From Eutreptiella sp. 'Long Island Sound 2002' (lineage: Eukaryota > Protista > Euglenida), in contig OZ038378.1 in NCBI GenBank assembly GCA_964036045.1, positions 156,984,001 to 157,048,000 of the forward strand: a stretch of 64,000 nucleotides of DNA. The letters run 5' to 3'. The notes beneath the pieces were generated by a model that made no database searches, had not been told where the DNA came from, and worked only from the letters and a program-made list of their open reading frames with translations. Of the stretch, positions 43,807 through 56,562 are shown piece after piece. Position numbers and translations under genes: made by a program. Numbering within the stretch: position 1 is the stretch's first letter; each line of letters begins with the position of its first letter.

Positions 43807-45604
43807 GTATGTGCATGACAGGGCTTTGTGTGTGAGAGCGCTAGGGAGGAGGAGCAGCCAAGATTGCCCGGGTGTCTTGCTTGTAATTTGATGTTCTCAT
43901 GTCTGCTTTGATGTTGATGGCACGGTGGATTGCTGTTGCCCATTGTTGCCACTGAAATATCTAAATGCCCTCAAATGGGCCACGCAAGTTGACAACCACC
44001 CATTGGTGGGGCGTGTGGATTTGCATACATGAAAGAAAGCGAGACCGGGCTATCGCCCTATGCCTAGGACGACACATGCTTGCGATGTGTCCATGCAGGG
44101 ACCGAGTAATTGCAGGCGTCAAACGCTTCGCTCTGCGCCAGTAATCTCCTCCTCCTTGAATGTCTCTGTGGAGAGACAAATAAGGAAAGTAAGAGAGTAG
44201 TCAACGGGACGTAGCTCACAGGACACAAAATTTGTGTGTCCCTGGAATCAGCGATATATTCAGTCCATTTTTAAGGGTAAAGCAGCATACTCCCCAACCC
44301 CGCACAAGAATACCCGCTCTTTTGAAAGGTGAATTTGCTGTCCCTCAAGAGTGCCAACAAATTCCTGCTTTTCATTTCAGCAACAAGCAGAGCCTGGAAA
44401 TGCAGATTGATGTGGATACAGATTCACAAGGCACTGTGGACATGTTTGACCCACTCATTGCTGTGTTGACCCCTGAAAGTGCTGATGTCAATTCCTAATT
44501 GGTCAAGGAGACACCAACATGGATAATTGGATTTCACTCCCCAGGCTGACCCCCCTGGTTGACATTTTTACGACGATTGGTGGGAGTCTCACAAGCAGCG
44601 TGTACTACCGGTACCCCAGCAATAAGGCTATGACCCAATCTGCACCTCGGCGCAGTATTGCGGATGCTTGGGCTGCCAAGCACCAGACTCTCGAACAACC
44701 TGCTACTAAGAGCCCCAGCGACACGAATGCTCAGCCTGACACAGTCCGTCAAAATGTGTCCATTTTTTGTCCACCAGTGGCCGTGTGATCAGTGCTTTGT
44801 TCAGTGCCTTGTCGTTCCGGCTGCCCCTCCAGTCTGGGATAGCCAGTCTCCTGGAAGAGCAGATTCAGGGTCAGACAGCGATGAGGATGTGGAGATTGAA
44901 CGCCCTCGGAGGGCGGCTGCACAGACGCATCTTTCCCCCCCCCCCCTCCCGCCCGCCCTGGGGGTAGGCCATTCCTGGGTCCCTGGGTTCTGCCAGCGCC
45001 ACCCCCTCCCGTGGCTCAGTGATGGATGTGGCTATGTTTTGTAATGGTGCCACGGAGGATGTGTTCCCCTTTTGAGGAGATCTTGGCCGACAAAATACGG
45101 CCAAGCGAAGGTGCGGCTCAGGGCCTCAGTCGACGGATTGGACGTACCACTTGCTCCAATTCCGCTGGAAAATGGGTGTATGAAACCGCAACGCCGAGCG
45201 TTGCTGCACATGGATGCGCATGTGTGGGGCGCCCTGCCGACCCCAGGGGATCCCTGGGCCTGTGAGGCAACAGGCCTTTCCGTTTTCCCTTGTGTCAATT
45301 TTTGGTTTGTGTGGGCGTATTGTTGATTCGATGTTGATGAATGAAGTGTCGATGGGCCACGGCAAACTAGTGGCCACCAAAAGTCCCCTCGAAGAGACAT
45401 TGTTGGGTCAACCGCAAGCGCGGACGCCGGGTCTTTTGCGTAGCATACCCCGAGGCATGACATCGGATGTCTAACCCCTTGTAAAATCATTATTTTGCCC
45501 GACAACACGATCCCCCAATGCATTTTTCGATTTTGAGGCCTCTATGCCCCGGAAACTGGATACCACATTTGGGGGGGGGGGGGGTCAAAGGTTTGTGCTT
45601 AGAA

Positions 45605-45659
45605 GGATTTGAACCAGGGTCGGGTGAAACAGAGCTGATGGATCGATCGGCTCGGGCCA
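45605..45659 (-). other. tRNA-like Pol III A/B box pair (possible SINE head)
   Basis: Minus strand has perfect B box GGTTCAAATCC (45615-45605) and A-box-like TGGCCCGAGCCG (45659-45648). Confidence 0.35.
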
Positions 45660-46380
45660 GCGGACGTCGGCCTGGAACAGAACCGACAAGTCAAATGTAT
45701 GCCGACTGTTCTACCACTCAACTGCTGATTGTACCGACATATCTGAGGCTCCCCACTGTTTGTAGCTGTAGCCCGCCACTGAAAAAGGCCAAACCGTGTG
45801 TTTCTGCCTGCCTGTCTGCCTGCCTGCTTGCCCGACTGACTGCCTGATTGACTGCTTGCTTGACTTACTGACTGATTGGCTGACTGTCAGCCTCTCTTCA
45901 TGGTGCCTTGCCGAAGGCAATAGAATCTACGAGCGGGGCCCAATGTCTTTTCGCGGGGTCTAATATCCAAAGGCACTTGGAGCATGTGTGGGGTGCACTA
46001 TCTCAAAGAACCTGGAGTCTGGATTGATCACTCGATTCTCTTCACAGATTTCCAGCGCAGTGTCGCCCCCATTCACCGTAGTTCATGCCAATGGCCGTGG
46101 CGTGCCAGTTGCCCACACTTTCTCGCCATTTTCCTCTCCTTCCCCCCCGCCACCCCACCGCATTCCTGTCCTTCGAACCGATAATTCCGAGTAGTTTCGA
46201 CTATTTTCGACTGCATGTTTTCTTCGTAACTCCCAATCGGTGAAGACCCTGGCCTACGGCATTCGCTGCTGCCGTCTCATTGCACAGCACGTCGCGCGTG
46301 TGCCTGAATCTTGACGAATACCACTGGCATTCACTGGGGCACCTGCCTGTTGCTCCTAATTGTTACTCATCCATTTTCAG

Positions 46381-46608
46381 CTATTCCGTCCTACGAATAT
46401 CATGAGAAGCGACATTGCCCTGACCGGGACGAGCTGGGCATTACCTCTAGCACAGGGGTGGAGGATTGCGCATCAAAGTGCAATCGGGAACCACGGTGTA
46501 TTTCGTTTGAGTTCTATCCTGCCGAGGGAGCATTTGTGTGTGCATTGTCAAGCAGCTGCACAGTTTCCCTGTCGCAATGGTCCACTGCAGAGTTGTTGTA
46601 CCAGAAAG
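46381..46608 (+). CDS. Exon 3: PAN/Apple domain
   Basis: ccattttcag acceptor, gtgttc donor, 228 nt, phase 1-1; C...DCASKCNREPRCISFEF...CALSSSC. Confidence 0.85.
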
Positions 46609-47369
46609 GTGTTCCGGCATCCCTCATGCGCGGGCGTGCCGCCCATCTGTGCCATGCATCACACATCGCATACGCAGTGCATCCCATGTCCCACTCGACA
46701 AACAGGCCAGGGTGCGAAATTTTCCTCCGGCGCTTTGCGCCATACGTTGTGTTGTGCCACCAGTCTCTATTGCTCTTTTGGGGGAGGGGGTATGGGTCCT
46801 TAGATTCCTGAGAACCGGGGGGGGTTATGGGGAGTGCGCGCGCGCACCGCGCCATTCGGAACACGCCGCATGTACTACTGCTGGGCGAGGGACCACGATG
46901 TTGTCCGTAGTATTTTCCCGGTCAGTTGCAGCCAAGGCCCCAAACGTTTTGCGACGCTTTGCTTCAAACCTCCGACGGTGCACGTACCGTGTCCCGACGG
47001 GAGGGATGGCGATGGGTCCTGAGTTCTGGGTCAATAGAGCCCTGACCGCAGAATAGCACGCAAAATCGCTGTTCATGGCCGTGCTGACCCGCCAGGGACA
47101 TAGGGGCAGATGAAGAGGAGGAGGTCAGAGGAATTTTGCATGACCTCCGTGCCAAAGATGGCGCAGCGGCGGCGGTTGTGCTGAATAAGTCTGTGGAGAC
47201 GCGGCGGAAAACGGCCGGTCTAGACCCCAGTCCATGACCGTTTGGCACGTCGGAGGGCCGCCTCAACGGGACAGACATCGGTCCCCTCTGCGTCAGCCCC
47301 CCGGTACCGTGTGGCCCGTTGCCAGAACACCATTCGGTATTGCGCTGGTGGTCCTCGTTTCTACTCCAG

Positions 47370-47576
47370 TGGTCTGCAACCTTCCTTGGGGCACCGTGAG
47401 CGACGGCATCAATTGCGACGCCGGTGAAGCGGGCTGCACCGTAAGTGATCTGGCTGCTGCGGGGGAGCTGACCTGTGCGGCCGGGTTTGGGGGCAGTCCA
47501 TCCAAGGCAAATGCTGAATGCTATAGATCTTATGGTGCGAATGTACTGGAATTTACTGGAGCCACGTTCTGTCAAG
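47370..47576 (+). CDS. Exon 4: 6-Cys module, copy A
   Basis: ctactccag acceptor, gttgtg donor, 207 nt, phase 1-1; CNLP...DGINCDAGEAGC...LTCAAGFGG...C...FC. Confidence 0.85.
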
Positions 47577-48318
47577 GTTGTGCGTGCATATTGCAGTGTG
47601 GTGTGATGGCCGCCTGTCCTGAAGACTGGTATTGGGGAGTGATGAGGTTTGAGGGATTTCGTGTGGCCCGCAGCCGTTAGATAAGCTGAGTGGGAGGCTG
47701 CAATGCTCGCCGACAGGTGGAACGTAATGCCTGCCTTGAGGGTGTCCACAGGGGGACAACTGCGGGCCCCTAGGGGCCGATTGTTGCTTTTGGGTTTCGT
47801 CGAAACGCGTGACTTACAACTATTCTACTTCGAAATGTAGGCCAATGGGCCGTGCCACTGCTTCCACTTTCTGATGCATTACGCATGAAGAATGGACATC
47901 CCTGACTCGCGTTTGGGTCGTCATGGAGGACAGTGTGTGGACGACCGGTGCCCCCCACCCCTTCAAACCCCCCCTCCCCCCTTCTGCCACCGGAAATGCA
48001 CTGCGCACACAACACGCCACGGATCACAGGTTCGAGTGCCTGCCGCCCTGCCACGGAGCCGTGGCTTTTGTGTTGTGTGAACGAGGTAGGGGTTGCACTC
48101 TGGGATGCAAGGGTTATGGCTAACCGGCACCCGTGGGAGGGGGAGGAGCCGACCCAGACGACCCATGAAACATCCGATCACCGCCTTGCGCGGTGACGTC
48201 AAGGCAACATTCGGGACCCGTCTGGTCTGTGGTGTGTGGCAAGACAAAGCATTATGACATTGGCACAGTTGTACTGACTTTTGCCTCCCCAGCATCCTGG
48301 TGCTCTCCTGTATTGCAC

Positions 48319-48376
48319 ACACTTTCTGAGTGTCTATTTTTTTTTTTCGGTATATGCATCTTACATGTCAATTTGA
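48319..48376 (+). ncRNA. SL RNA-like sequence (SL exon + GTATAT donor + possible Sm site); gene, pseudogene or retroposed 5' end
   Basis: ACACTTTCTGAGTGTCTA-T11-CG equals the 28-nt euglenid SL apart from 3 extra T. It is followed directly by GTATAT, and AATTTGA (48370-48376) fits RAU3GR. Confidence 0.7.
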
Positions 48377-49102
48377 TAGCTACAGCAGCACCTCCAAGAA
48401 GTACTCCTGAAGTACTCAAACTGAGAACTGTGGCAATGACCACATATGCCTGTGACACGGGGGTTTATGCGAGCTCCGTATCCGTTGCTCGTGGCTCCCC
48501 GCCACATCTACCATATCCCTGGCCTGGGCCCCGCCCCCTCGTCCAGTTCTGGCTCGGCCCCCGTCCGGGCACTGCCCCCTTTGGGCCCGGGCACTGCCCT
48601 GCCCCGCCTAAGCCCCGCTCCCTTTGGCTCCGGGCACTGCCCCCTTCAGCCTTGGCCTTGCCCCTGCGGTTTGTGGCCCCTGCCCCTCCTCCCCCCCCCT
48701 TGGGTCTGGGCGTTGCCCCCGTGAGCCTGGGCACGGTCCCGTTAGGCCCGAGCACCTCACCGACGGACTTGAACGAAACAGAACACATCGGGGATCACAT
48801 CGGACGGCAACGCTGTGGCCCTTCGTCACGTAGCGTGAGGCCACACCGCCGACCGAGGGGGATCAGGGGGTGTTGCATGGCCTCCGTGCCAAAGATGGCG
48901 CAGCGGCGGCGGTTGTGCTGAATAAGTCTGTGGAGACGCGGCGGAAAACGGCCGGCTTAGACCCCAGTCCATGACCGTTTGGCACGTCGGAGGGCCGTCT
49001 CAACGGGACAGGCATCGGTCCCCTCTGCGTCAGCCCATCGGTACGGTGTGCCCCGTTGCCAGAACACTGGCATTGCGTTGGTGGTCCTCGTTTCTTCTCC
49101 AG

Positions 49103-49309
49103 TTACTTGCACTCTTCCCGTGGGTACGTTGAGCGACGGCATCAATTGCGACGCCGGTGAAGCGGGCTGCACCGTAAGTGAGCTGGCTGCTGCGGGGGAG
49201 CTGACCTGTGCCGCCGGTTATGGGGGCAATCCCTCGAAGGCAAATGCTGTCTGCTTCCATCGTGCCTACGGGAATGGTGGGACCTTCCTTGAGGTCGCGG
49301 TCTGCACAG
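49103..49309 (+). CDS. Exon 5: 6-Cys module, copy B
   Basis: ttctccag acceptor, gtcttt donor, 207 nt, phase 1-1. Confidence 0.85.
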
Positions 49310-49341
49310 GTCTTTGCGTGCATATTGAGGAGCAGCCTTGA

Positions 49342-49498
49342 CAAGGACCGCCCCAAGGGACCATCAACCGCCAACCACCAACCGCCACCAACCGCAACCT
49401 GCCACCAACCGCCAACCGCCAACTGCCGCCCGTGGGCATTTTTGGGAAACCTGGGTACAGGAACGCTTCTTTTTTTTTCTTCGTCAAGGACCGCCCTG
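49342..49498. mobile_element. 157-bp insertion with 8-bp target-site duplication
   Basis: agccttga at 49334-49341 and 49499-49506. The paralogous site at about 52153-52160 has one copy and no insert. Confidence 0.75.
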
Positions 49499-50562
49499 AG
49501 CCTTGAGCACGTTGCAGCGTTGCGTGATGGCCGCCTGTCGCAAGGATTGGTATCTGGGGGTGATGAGGCTTCGGGGATTTGGTGCGCCCGCAGCCGTCAG
49601 ATGAGCTGAGCAGGGCCTACATCCCCAACCCAACGGCCCCGCGTGAGCGTGAGGGGCCGGGAAACGATGAGCAATGATGACGTCTGCGCGGCCCCAAGGG
49701 CCACTGGAACTCGTGATTCGTAACGGTCGGTCTGGGCCCCCACCGGAGGAGCGCCTGCGTTAGTCAATGGGGCACTAGTCACAACATCACAACTCTTCAC
49801 GTTGCATCCCAAGTCCTCCCGCACTGCACTGCACTGGTCGGTTGTGGCACTGGTACCCCAACCCCCCGGCCTTTGGGGGGCGAACCATCGCTTTCCCCCC
49901 AACCCCCCCACCTGTTGAGCAACCCTCTCGGAGTCTGCCCCGTACGGAACCGTCCATCAAACATCTTCTGCCCCGTCGGCACATTAAGAAAAACCGACGA
50001 TTCTACAGGGGGACTGGGGGGGGGGGGTGTTACCGTGCCGGACCGGGGGCCTCACCCATCAGCACATGGCCCCTCCATCGCAACGAAGTGCATGGGCGAC
50101 ACCAGCAAGAGCACCGGCCGCAGCGGCCGACAGAACGCAGCGACCCGACGCAACATGCGAAGGGAAGAACGGGTGACTGTCCAGGGCCCCGTAAAGAGAC
50201 AACACCCCGACGGAATGGCGCACAGCGGGCGGGGAGGGGGGGGATGGTTTGGGAGGCGGAGGGTTCGGTTTCCAGGAACACTGGCGGCAGGTCTCGTGGC
50301 AAGTCGTCGCCCAAACCCCCTCACGGCGGTAGCCCCACGGCCTGGCCGACCGCCCCCCTCGTGTGACAGCCCCGTTCCCCGAGAGCCGCCGCATGGGCCC
50401 GAAGGCGCAGGCCACTCATGGGCAGTGCGCAGGGGTGCCCTGTTGTCCTGTCGTTAGGGGTTGGGGGGGGGGGGCGTGGACGACCTGGGCCGGCGATCCC
50501 AAAACAAAAACAGTCAAACGACCCCCGGCAACAACCAGCACAACCCCCAATACGCCAACTAT

Positions 50563-50775
50563 TGAGCGCCGCTGACGCGCAAACGGCACCTCCCGCCGCA
50601 TTCAGCACAGCCCCGGCACACCAACGACTGGGCTCCGCGAACGCGGAAACGACACCAGCGGGAGCACCGGCCGCAGCGGCCGACAGAACGCAGCGACCCG
50701 ACGCAACATGCGAAGGGCAGAACGGGTGACTGTCCAGGGCCCCGTAAAGGAGCAACAACCCGACGGACTGTCACA
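50563..50775. repeat. Dispersed SINE-like repeat (core cggccgcagcggccg); other copies about 50101-50225 and 56876-57075
   Basis: Near-identical blocks caccggccgcagcggccg(a/g)cagaacgcagcg...caacatgcgaaggg. Confidence 0.85.
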
Positions 50776-51933
50776 CACCTCCCCCACCCCTCGTTGGGTG
50801 ATGGGGGGGTTTGTTCTTGAGTGCCTTCGGCGCAGGCCGATTCAGGCGAACTCCACTTCCTCCAAAGGTCGGGGGGGGGGGGGGGTCCTCGGCCCGCTTG
50901 CCCCCCCCCAGAACAAACCTCGAGCTGATCCTTGCGGACGACAAAAAGCAACGGGACCTCGGCGCCGTGTGTCCACTGCAGGGGCCAGTGGGCTGCGGTA
51001 TCTAATGCCAAAGGGGGGGGGGAGCCTATATACCCGATCCCAAACCGAAGGTGAGCGATTGGAGGACGCAGCCGGAGGGGCAACGGGGGTAGCGGGGGGA
51101 GGGGGGGGACAACTGCTGGGCACCGTCATCCGCAGGAAGAAGGCGGGGGATGCGGCGGGGGGTGGGTGTTTAGCGATTGGGGGCAGCGACTCGGTGGAGG
51201 TCGGGGGGGGGGGGGGCGGCGCGGCGGGCACAGCGACCGCAAACTGCACGCCATCGGGCGGGGCCGGGGCACCGTGACGGATGCCGATCACGAGCACTGG
51301 TGGTGTAGCACGCAAAACAACGGAGATGTGCTGTGGTGCAGGGGGGCTTGTGGACCCCGAAGTGATGCGGGCAGAGGGCAAGTGAAACGCCGGACCCCCG
51401 ACCCCCGGGCCTCAGGCCTTTGATTTTGCCTTGATGCCCCCCCCTCCCCCCAGGCCATTGCTTGCGGGAGAACATACCACCGCACAACTGTTTCTCGTAT
51501 CGGGCGAAGAGGCGCATGAAAGGGCAGTCTGGGCTGCCAATCTTTTGAGGCACAATGTTTGGGCTGTTACACGAGGGTTTCTCAATAATGCGACCATTGG
51601 AAACCGTTCTGCGGCCATGGGCATAAGGCAGCATCCAGAATCACTGTTGGCCGTGTGCCGTAAAGAGGGACGAGACGTTCAAGCGTCTCCAGGCCCAGGC
51701 GGGTGCAGCAGCCATCCCGGTAATGCTGAACCGCAGCGGAAAACGGCCGGTCTAGACCCCAGTCCATGACCGTTTGGCACGTCGGAGGGCCGTCTCAACG
51801 GGACAGGCATCGGTCCCCTCTGCGTCAGCCCATCGGTACCGTGTGCCCCGTTGCCAGAGCACTGGCATTGCGTTGGTGGTCGATCTGACTGAGTACCCTC
51901 CCTGAGCGATCTGATTCCTCGTTTCTCCCCCAG

Positions 51934-52128
51934 TTGCTTGCACTCTTCCCGTGGGTACGTTGAGCGACGGCATCAATTGCGACGCCGGTGAAGCAGGCTG
52001 CACCCCACGTGATCTGGCTGCTGCGGGGGAGCTGACCTGTGCGGCCGGTTACTGGGGCAGTCCATCCAAGGCAAATGCTGCCTGCAATTCTGTTGGTGGA
52101 ACATTTACTGGCGCCACGTTCTGCAACG
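51934..52128 (+). CDS. Exon 6: 6-Cys module, copy C
   Basis: ctcccccag acceptor, gtttgt donor, 195 nt, phase 1-1. Confidence 0.85.
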
Positions 52129-52300
52129 GTTTGTGCGTGCGTATTGAGGAGCAGCCTTGAGCATGCTGCAGTGTTGTGTGATGGCCGCCTGTCCCAAAGA
52201 TTGGTATCGGGAAGTGATGAGGTTTGAGGGATTTTGGTGCACCCGCAGCTTGTCTCAGAATCTGTGTCTAGATGTCGCAAACCTCCATCTTGTGACAGAT

Positions 52301-52524
52301 CACCGTGTGACCACCGTGTGACCACCGTGTGACCACCGTGTGACCACCGTGTGACCACCGTGTGACCACCGTGTGACCACCGTGTGACCACCGTGTGACC
52401 GCCGTGTGACCACCGTGTGACCACCGTGTGACCACCGTGTGACCACCGTATGACCACCGTGTGACCACCGTATGACCACCATGTGACCACCGTGTGACCA
52501 CCGTGTGACCACCGAGTGACCACC
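52301..52524. repeat. 11-bp tandem repeat caccgtgtgac, about 20 copies
   Basis: Direct periodicity. Confidence 0.97.
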
Positions 52525-54524
52525 ATGCTAGCGCGATGATAAATGCGTATTGCCTAGTCACTGACCAATGCCACGGTGGTACACAGCTGACGAGCAGGAG
52601 GGGGAGGAGGGGGAGAAGGATCCGGAGGACTACAGGGCCACCCATGCTTCACAAATTAACAGTGCGAAATATTTCTGCAAATCACATTTACCAGAATTTT
52701 CAGCGTCTTCGGTTCGATCTCGAAAGGTCCATGTGTTCCTCTCATACCGAATTTTCAAGCACAACTCAACTCTCATGGTAGTGGACCCACAATCATAGCG
52801 CTCATTTTGGGATATTTACCTCTTTCATCTGGGGCGTTCAGGGTTTTCAAATAGTTTCGTTACTTTTGCGACTGCTTGCATTGATCCGCATGCTAAACTG
52901 AGCACATGGCATTAGGCCCAATCTCATGTTTAGGGGCGTGAAGGAGGATCAAGAATATTTTTTTTTCCTATCCATGATACATTGAGGCTGTTATGACAAA
53001 TGCATAATTGCTCAATTACCACGACTCCTACGGGTGCTACTACCAAGCCTACCTTGTATTACTAAAATTACAACGGGGTAAGGCGGTGTTTCAAGTTTTT
53101 GTTTGGGGGGGGGGTCACCCGAGCGGTTGGGGAAAAGGGCTCGATTGATAAGTAGAGGTGTTAATTTGTCTCTGTCCACGTTGGCGCGGAAAACGTCACC
53201 TCGAAGAGAGGCTGTTAGATCAAGCGCAGGCGCGTGTGTCGCATACCCCCCCTTTTTGGGGGGTCGTTCGTGTAGCGTACCTCAATGTATGGTTTCTGAC
53301 GTCTAACCCCTTGTAAAATCATCATTTTAGGACCAAAAATGGTCCCCCAATGATTTTTTTTATTTTGACCCCCGTACCCCCCCCCCCCCCCGCACCTAGG
53401 TACCCCTTTTTTTGGGGGGGGGAGGTTTTTTTTGGGGGGGGTCAAAACTTCTTTGCGTATTGTGGCCGCTGTGTGTGCATTTAGACCTGGGTCCTTAAGA
53501 ACTTTTTTCTTGTATATAGACCCCCTAACCCACGGCGGGGGTCCCGGGTCCAGGGACTCCAGGTACCGCAAGTCGGCCCCCCCCCATATGGCCCCTTGCC
53601 GCTGAGGACTTAGCCATTTTCACACTAGGTGGGCTGTTTAGTGGCACCTGAAAATCACCTCGCAGAGGTTGTTAGATCAAAGCCAGGCAGGCGTATATCG
53701 GGCTAAACGCCACATCCCCCCCCCCCCATTTTGGGCCTTTTTGGGCCTATTCGCGTACCCTACCCCAAGGGCTTGAATCTTTTGTTTAACCCCTTGTAAA
53801 ATCATTATTTTGTCCAATAAACGCATCCCCCGATGAGTTTTTGGTCCGGACCCCCGTAGACCCCCCCCCAATTGAAACCCACTTTTTGGAGCCTTTGAGG
53901 GAGGTCGGGGGGAGGGGGGTCAAAAATGTCGAAAAAATGACCCCCCCATTTTTTTGGGTCGAAAATCTTGAATCTTTTGGTTTGATTTTGAGCCAAAAAA
54001 GTGTTTCCAGGTCCCGACTCCATGGGGTTTGTATGGGGCGGAGTGGGACGAGCGCTCATGCAGTTTATGCACTTTTCAGCCATTTTTGCTGTGTTGGTGG
54101 TTTTGGCGACCTCGGTGACCCTGTGGTACCCAGTCTGAGGGGTGTGAGTGGGGATGTGGTGACAGTATATGCCTACTAGAATACGAAAGGACGTATTTTG
54201 CAGCATCTAGCCTTGCCGAGGGCTGGTCAAAACCCGTGCCAAAGACGGCACCAAAATCCTACCGAGACTATCCCCATGCTCCGGAAGTGACCTGGACCCC
54301 AAATTCGACCACAGAAATGAAAATGGGAGTTTTAGAATCAGTGTGCCCAGGCAGTCTGGAAGAGTCATCATTTGCCATGTATTTTGGTCCATAAAAATTG
54401 CCCAATTTCAATGCCAAAATTCTATTGCCTTCGGCGAGGCACCTCGAAGAGGGCAGAGGGCTGCCAAGGTTGGAAAACTGTACAAGCAAGCCCCCTTGGG
54501 ACCCCCCCCCCAAACACCCAAATA

Positions 54525-55195
54525 GGGTGAAGAACACATAAAGAGGGTCTAAAACATGCTTTACATAGGATATTCAATCATTTTGTATGGTCAGAATATT
54601 AAAAAAAATCAGTTTCGGAAATTTCCACTTTTGAGCTGCAAAGGCTAGAAAACTACATAAGCACGTTGTGCCCCAGCCCCCTTGGGAGCCCCCCCCCCCC
54701 CCCTGACACCCGAGCAGGGTGAAAAGCACATAAAGAGGGGCTAAAACATGCTTTACATAGGATATTCAATCATTTTGGATGGTCAGAATATCAAAAAAAT
54801 CAGTTTTGGAAATTCTATTGCCTTTGGCAAGTCCACCTGGCAGAGAATCTAGCCCAAGCAACACACACCCAAAATAGGGTAAAAACTACATAAATACGGG
54901 CTAAAACATGCCTTACATGCATGGTCATTTCAGGTGATCAAAATATCAAAAAAAAAGTTTCGGAAACTTCGATTTTTCAGCTGTATAGGCTGAAAAACTG
55001 CATGAGCAAGTTGTGTAGCAATCCCTTGGGAGACCCCCCCCCAGCCGCGCGCCCAATACCCAGGGTGAAAAACACATAAATACGGCCTAGAACATGCTTT
55101 ACATACCTTGGATGGTCCCTTTCGGTGATCACAATATCAAAAAAATGAGTTTCGAAAACTTCAATTTTTGAGCCGCCCAAGGTGAAAAACTGCAT
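54525..55195. repeat. Degenerate 160-190-bp tandem repeat, about 4 copies
   Basis: gggtgaaaa(a)cacataaa...ctaaaacatgctttacata...aatatcaaaaaaa recurs at about 54525, 54717, 54877 and 55062. Confidence 0.8.
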
Positions 55196-55881
55196 CAGCA
55201 GGTTGTGCACCGGCCCATTCACTCATGTAAACCATTATTGGTGGAAACATCAATTGAGCCTTTTTTGGAAGGGGGGGGTCCGGCTAGGGGGGCTCTATTG
55301 CCCCCCCCCCCCCCCCTTTGTAATTGAAAGCCTGCCCGCGCGAGTGCAGGATATTACATCCTTCTCTGAGTCTTGAACTGATGTCAATATTCTTTGCATA
55401 TCTGTCTTGCCATTCGACAACGTGACATCATCTCGGCTCAACAATGGACCGGATGGCGGCTCTCAACGGCCACAAATGACACTCGAAACCCCCAACCAAA
55501 GCTTTTGTCTGACGGCAAAATATTGGCTCCGTCCTCTGCCAAGCCCTGAATGACACACGTGCAATTCCTAAAGCCTGGGCTGGACATGGTACGCGCACGC
55601 GACCCTTGTGACGCAGCACTGAGCGCAGGAATCGCTCAACGGTTGGCGGTTTGCGTGCATTTCAGCGTAGAACCTGTGAAAATTGACGGTTGTTGTTTCA
55701 CAATGAATGGTGCTGAACTGTCTACAATGGGCCTATCCTTCAGTAACGTTGCACTGCATGGTGCCTGGGAACCGCGATTGTCGTGTTTGCCGACGCAGAG
55801 GCCCCGACCATTGCCGGGGCTTGCAGGCGGTTCTGTCCCCAAACTTGCACGCCCACTTCTTTTACGGTTGTGTCTGCACAG

Positions 55882-55956
55882 CGATTACCTGCACCGATGG
55901 GCAGCAGAACGGGGACGAGACCGGCATGGATTGCGGGGGGTCCTGCCCGGCCTGTG
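55882..55956 (+). CDS. Exon 7: Cys repeat ITCTDGQQNGDETGMDCGGSCPAC
   Basis: ctgcacag acceptor, gtatgc donor, 75 nt, phase 1-1. Confidence 0.88.
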
Positions 55957-56493
55957 GTATGCCTGGTGCCTACCGTGGAGGCTCTGAAGGGCCATTGCTG
56001 ACCCATTGTTGACCCATGAGGCTCCTCTGTCCACTCATGAGGCCACTACATTGGCACGTATCGGTCGTGATCGGTACAGAGAATGTCAGCGTTTGTGCCT
56101 CTGTCCAGGCCACCTTTTTTAATCTTGATGCATGAGGCACACATGGATCCTGTTCCGTGAGTCTCAATGTTCTGCACACCGTAACACAACTCCCCCCCCC
56201 CCCACGTACAGGGGGGGGGGGGGGAATTTCGCGACGGAAATATTTCGCTGTGGGAAATTTCGTATTTCAAATGTGTGCGAAATTTCCCGCTCAATTTTCA
56301 GGCCACTGTGCGAAATAAACCCGGCGCGAAATTTAGCCACGATGGGTGGGGAAATGATGGCATTTGTGCTGTCACTTGCATCAGCACTGAACTCTGGGCC
56401 GCCCGATTTCTGTTGACAGGAGGATGTGGTGCAATGTATGGCTCAAACAGTCAAAAAAAGCGCCCCAAAAAGTGCCAGAAAAAGCGAACAAAA

Positions 56494-56562
56494 GCCTCCG
56501 GAAATCGAACGCACGCCCTTTTGACCGTCAGTGTAGCGGCATACCACTAAGGTAGGACAGGC
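56494..56562 (-). pseudogene. Degenerate tRNA-derived sequence
   Basis: Minus strand GCCTGTCCTACCTTAGTGGTATGCCGCTACACTGACGGTCAAAAGGGCGTGCGTTCGATTTCCGGAGGC shows a D-arm TACC/GGTA, a GTTCGA T-loop and GCCT/AGGC ends; stems are broken. Confidence 0.4.

Noticed and set aside
48027-48042. B-box-like caggttcgagtgcctg about 290 bp upstream of the SL-like sequence
   Set aside because: No A box or cloverleaf, and a short motif is expected by chance.
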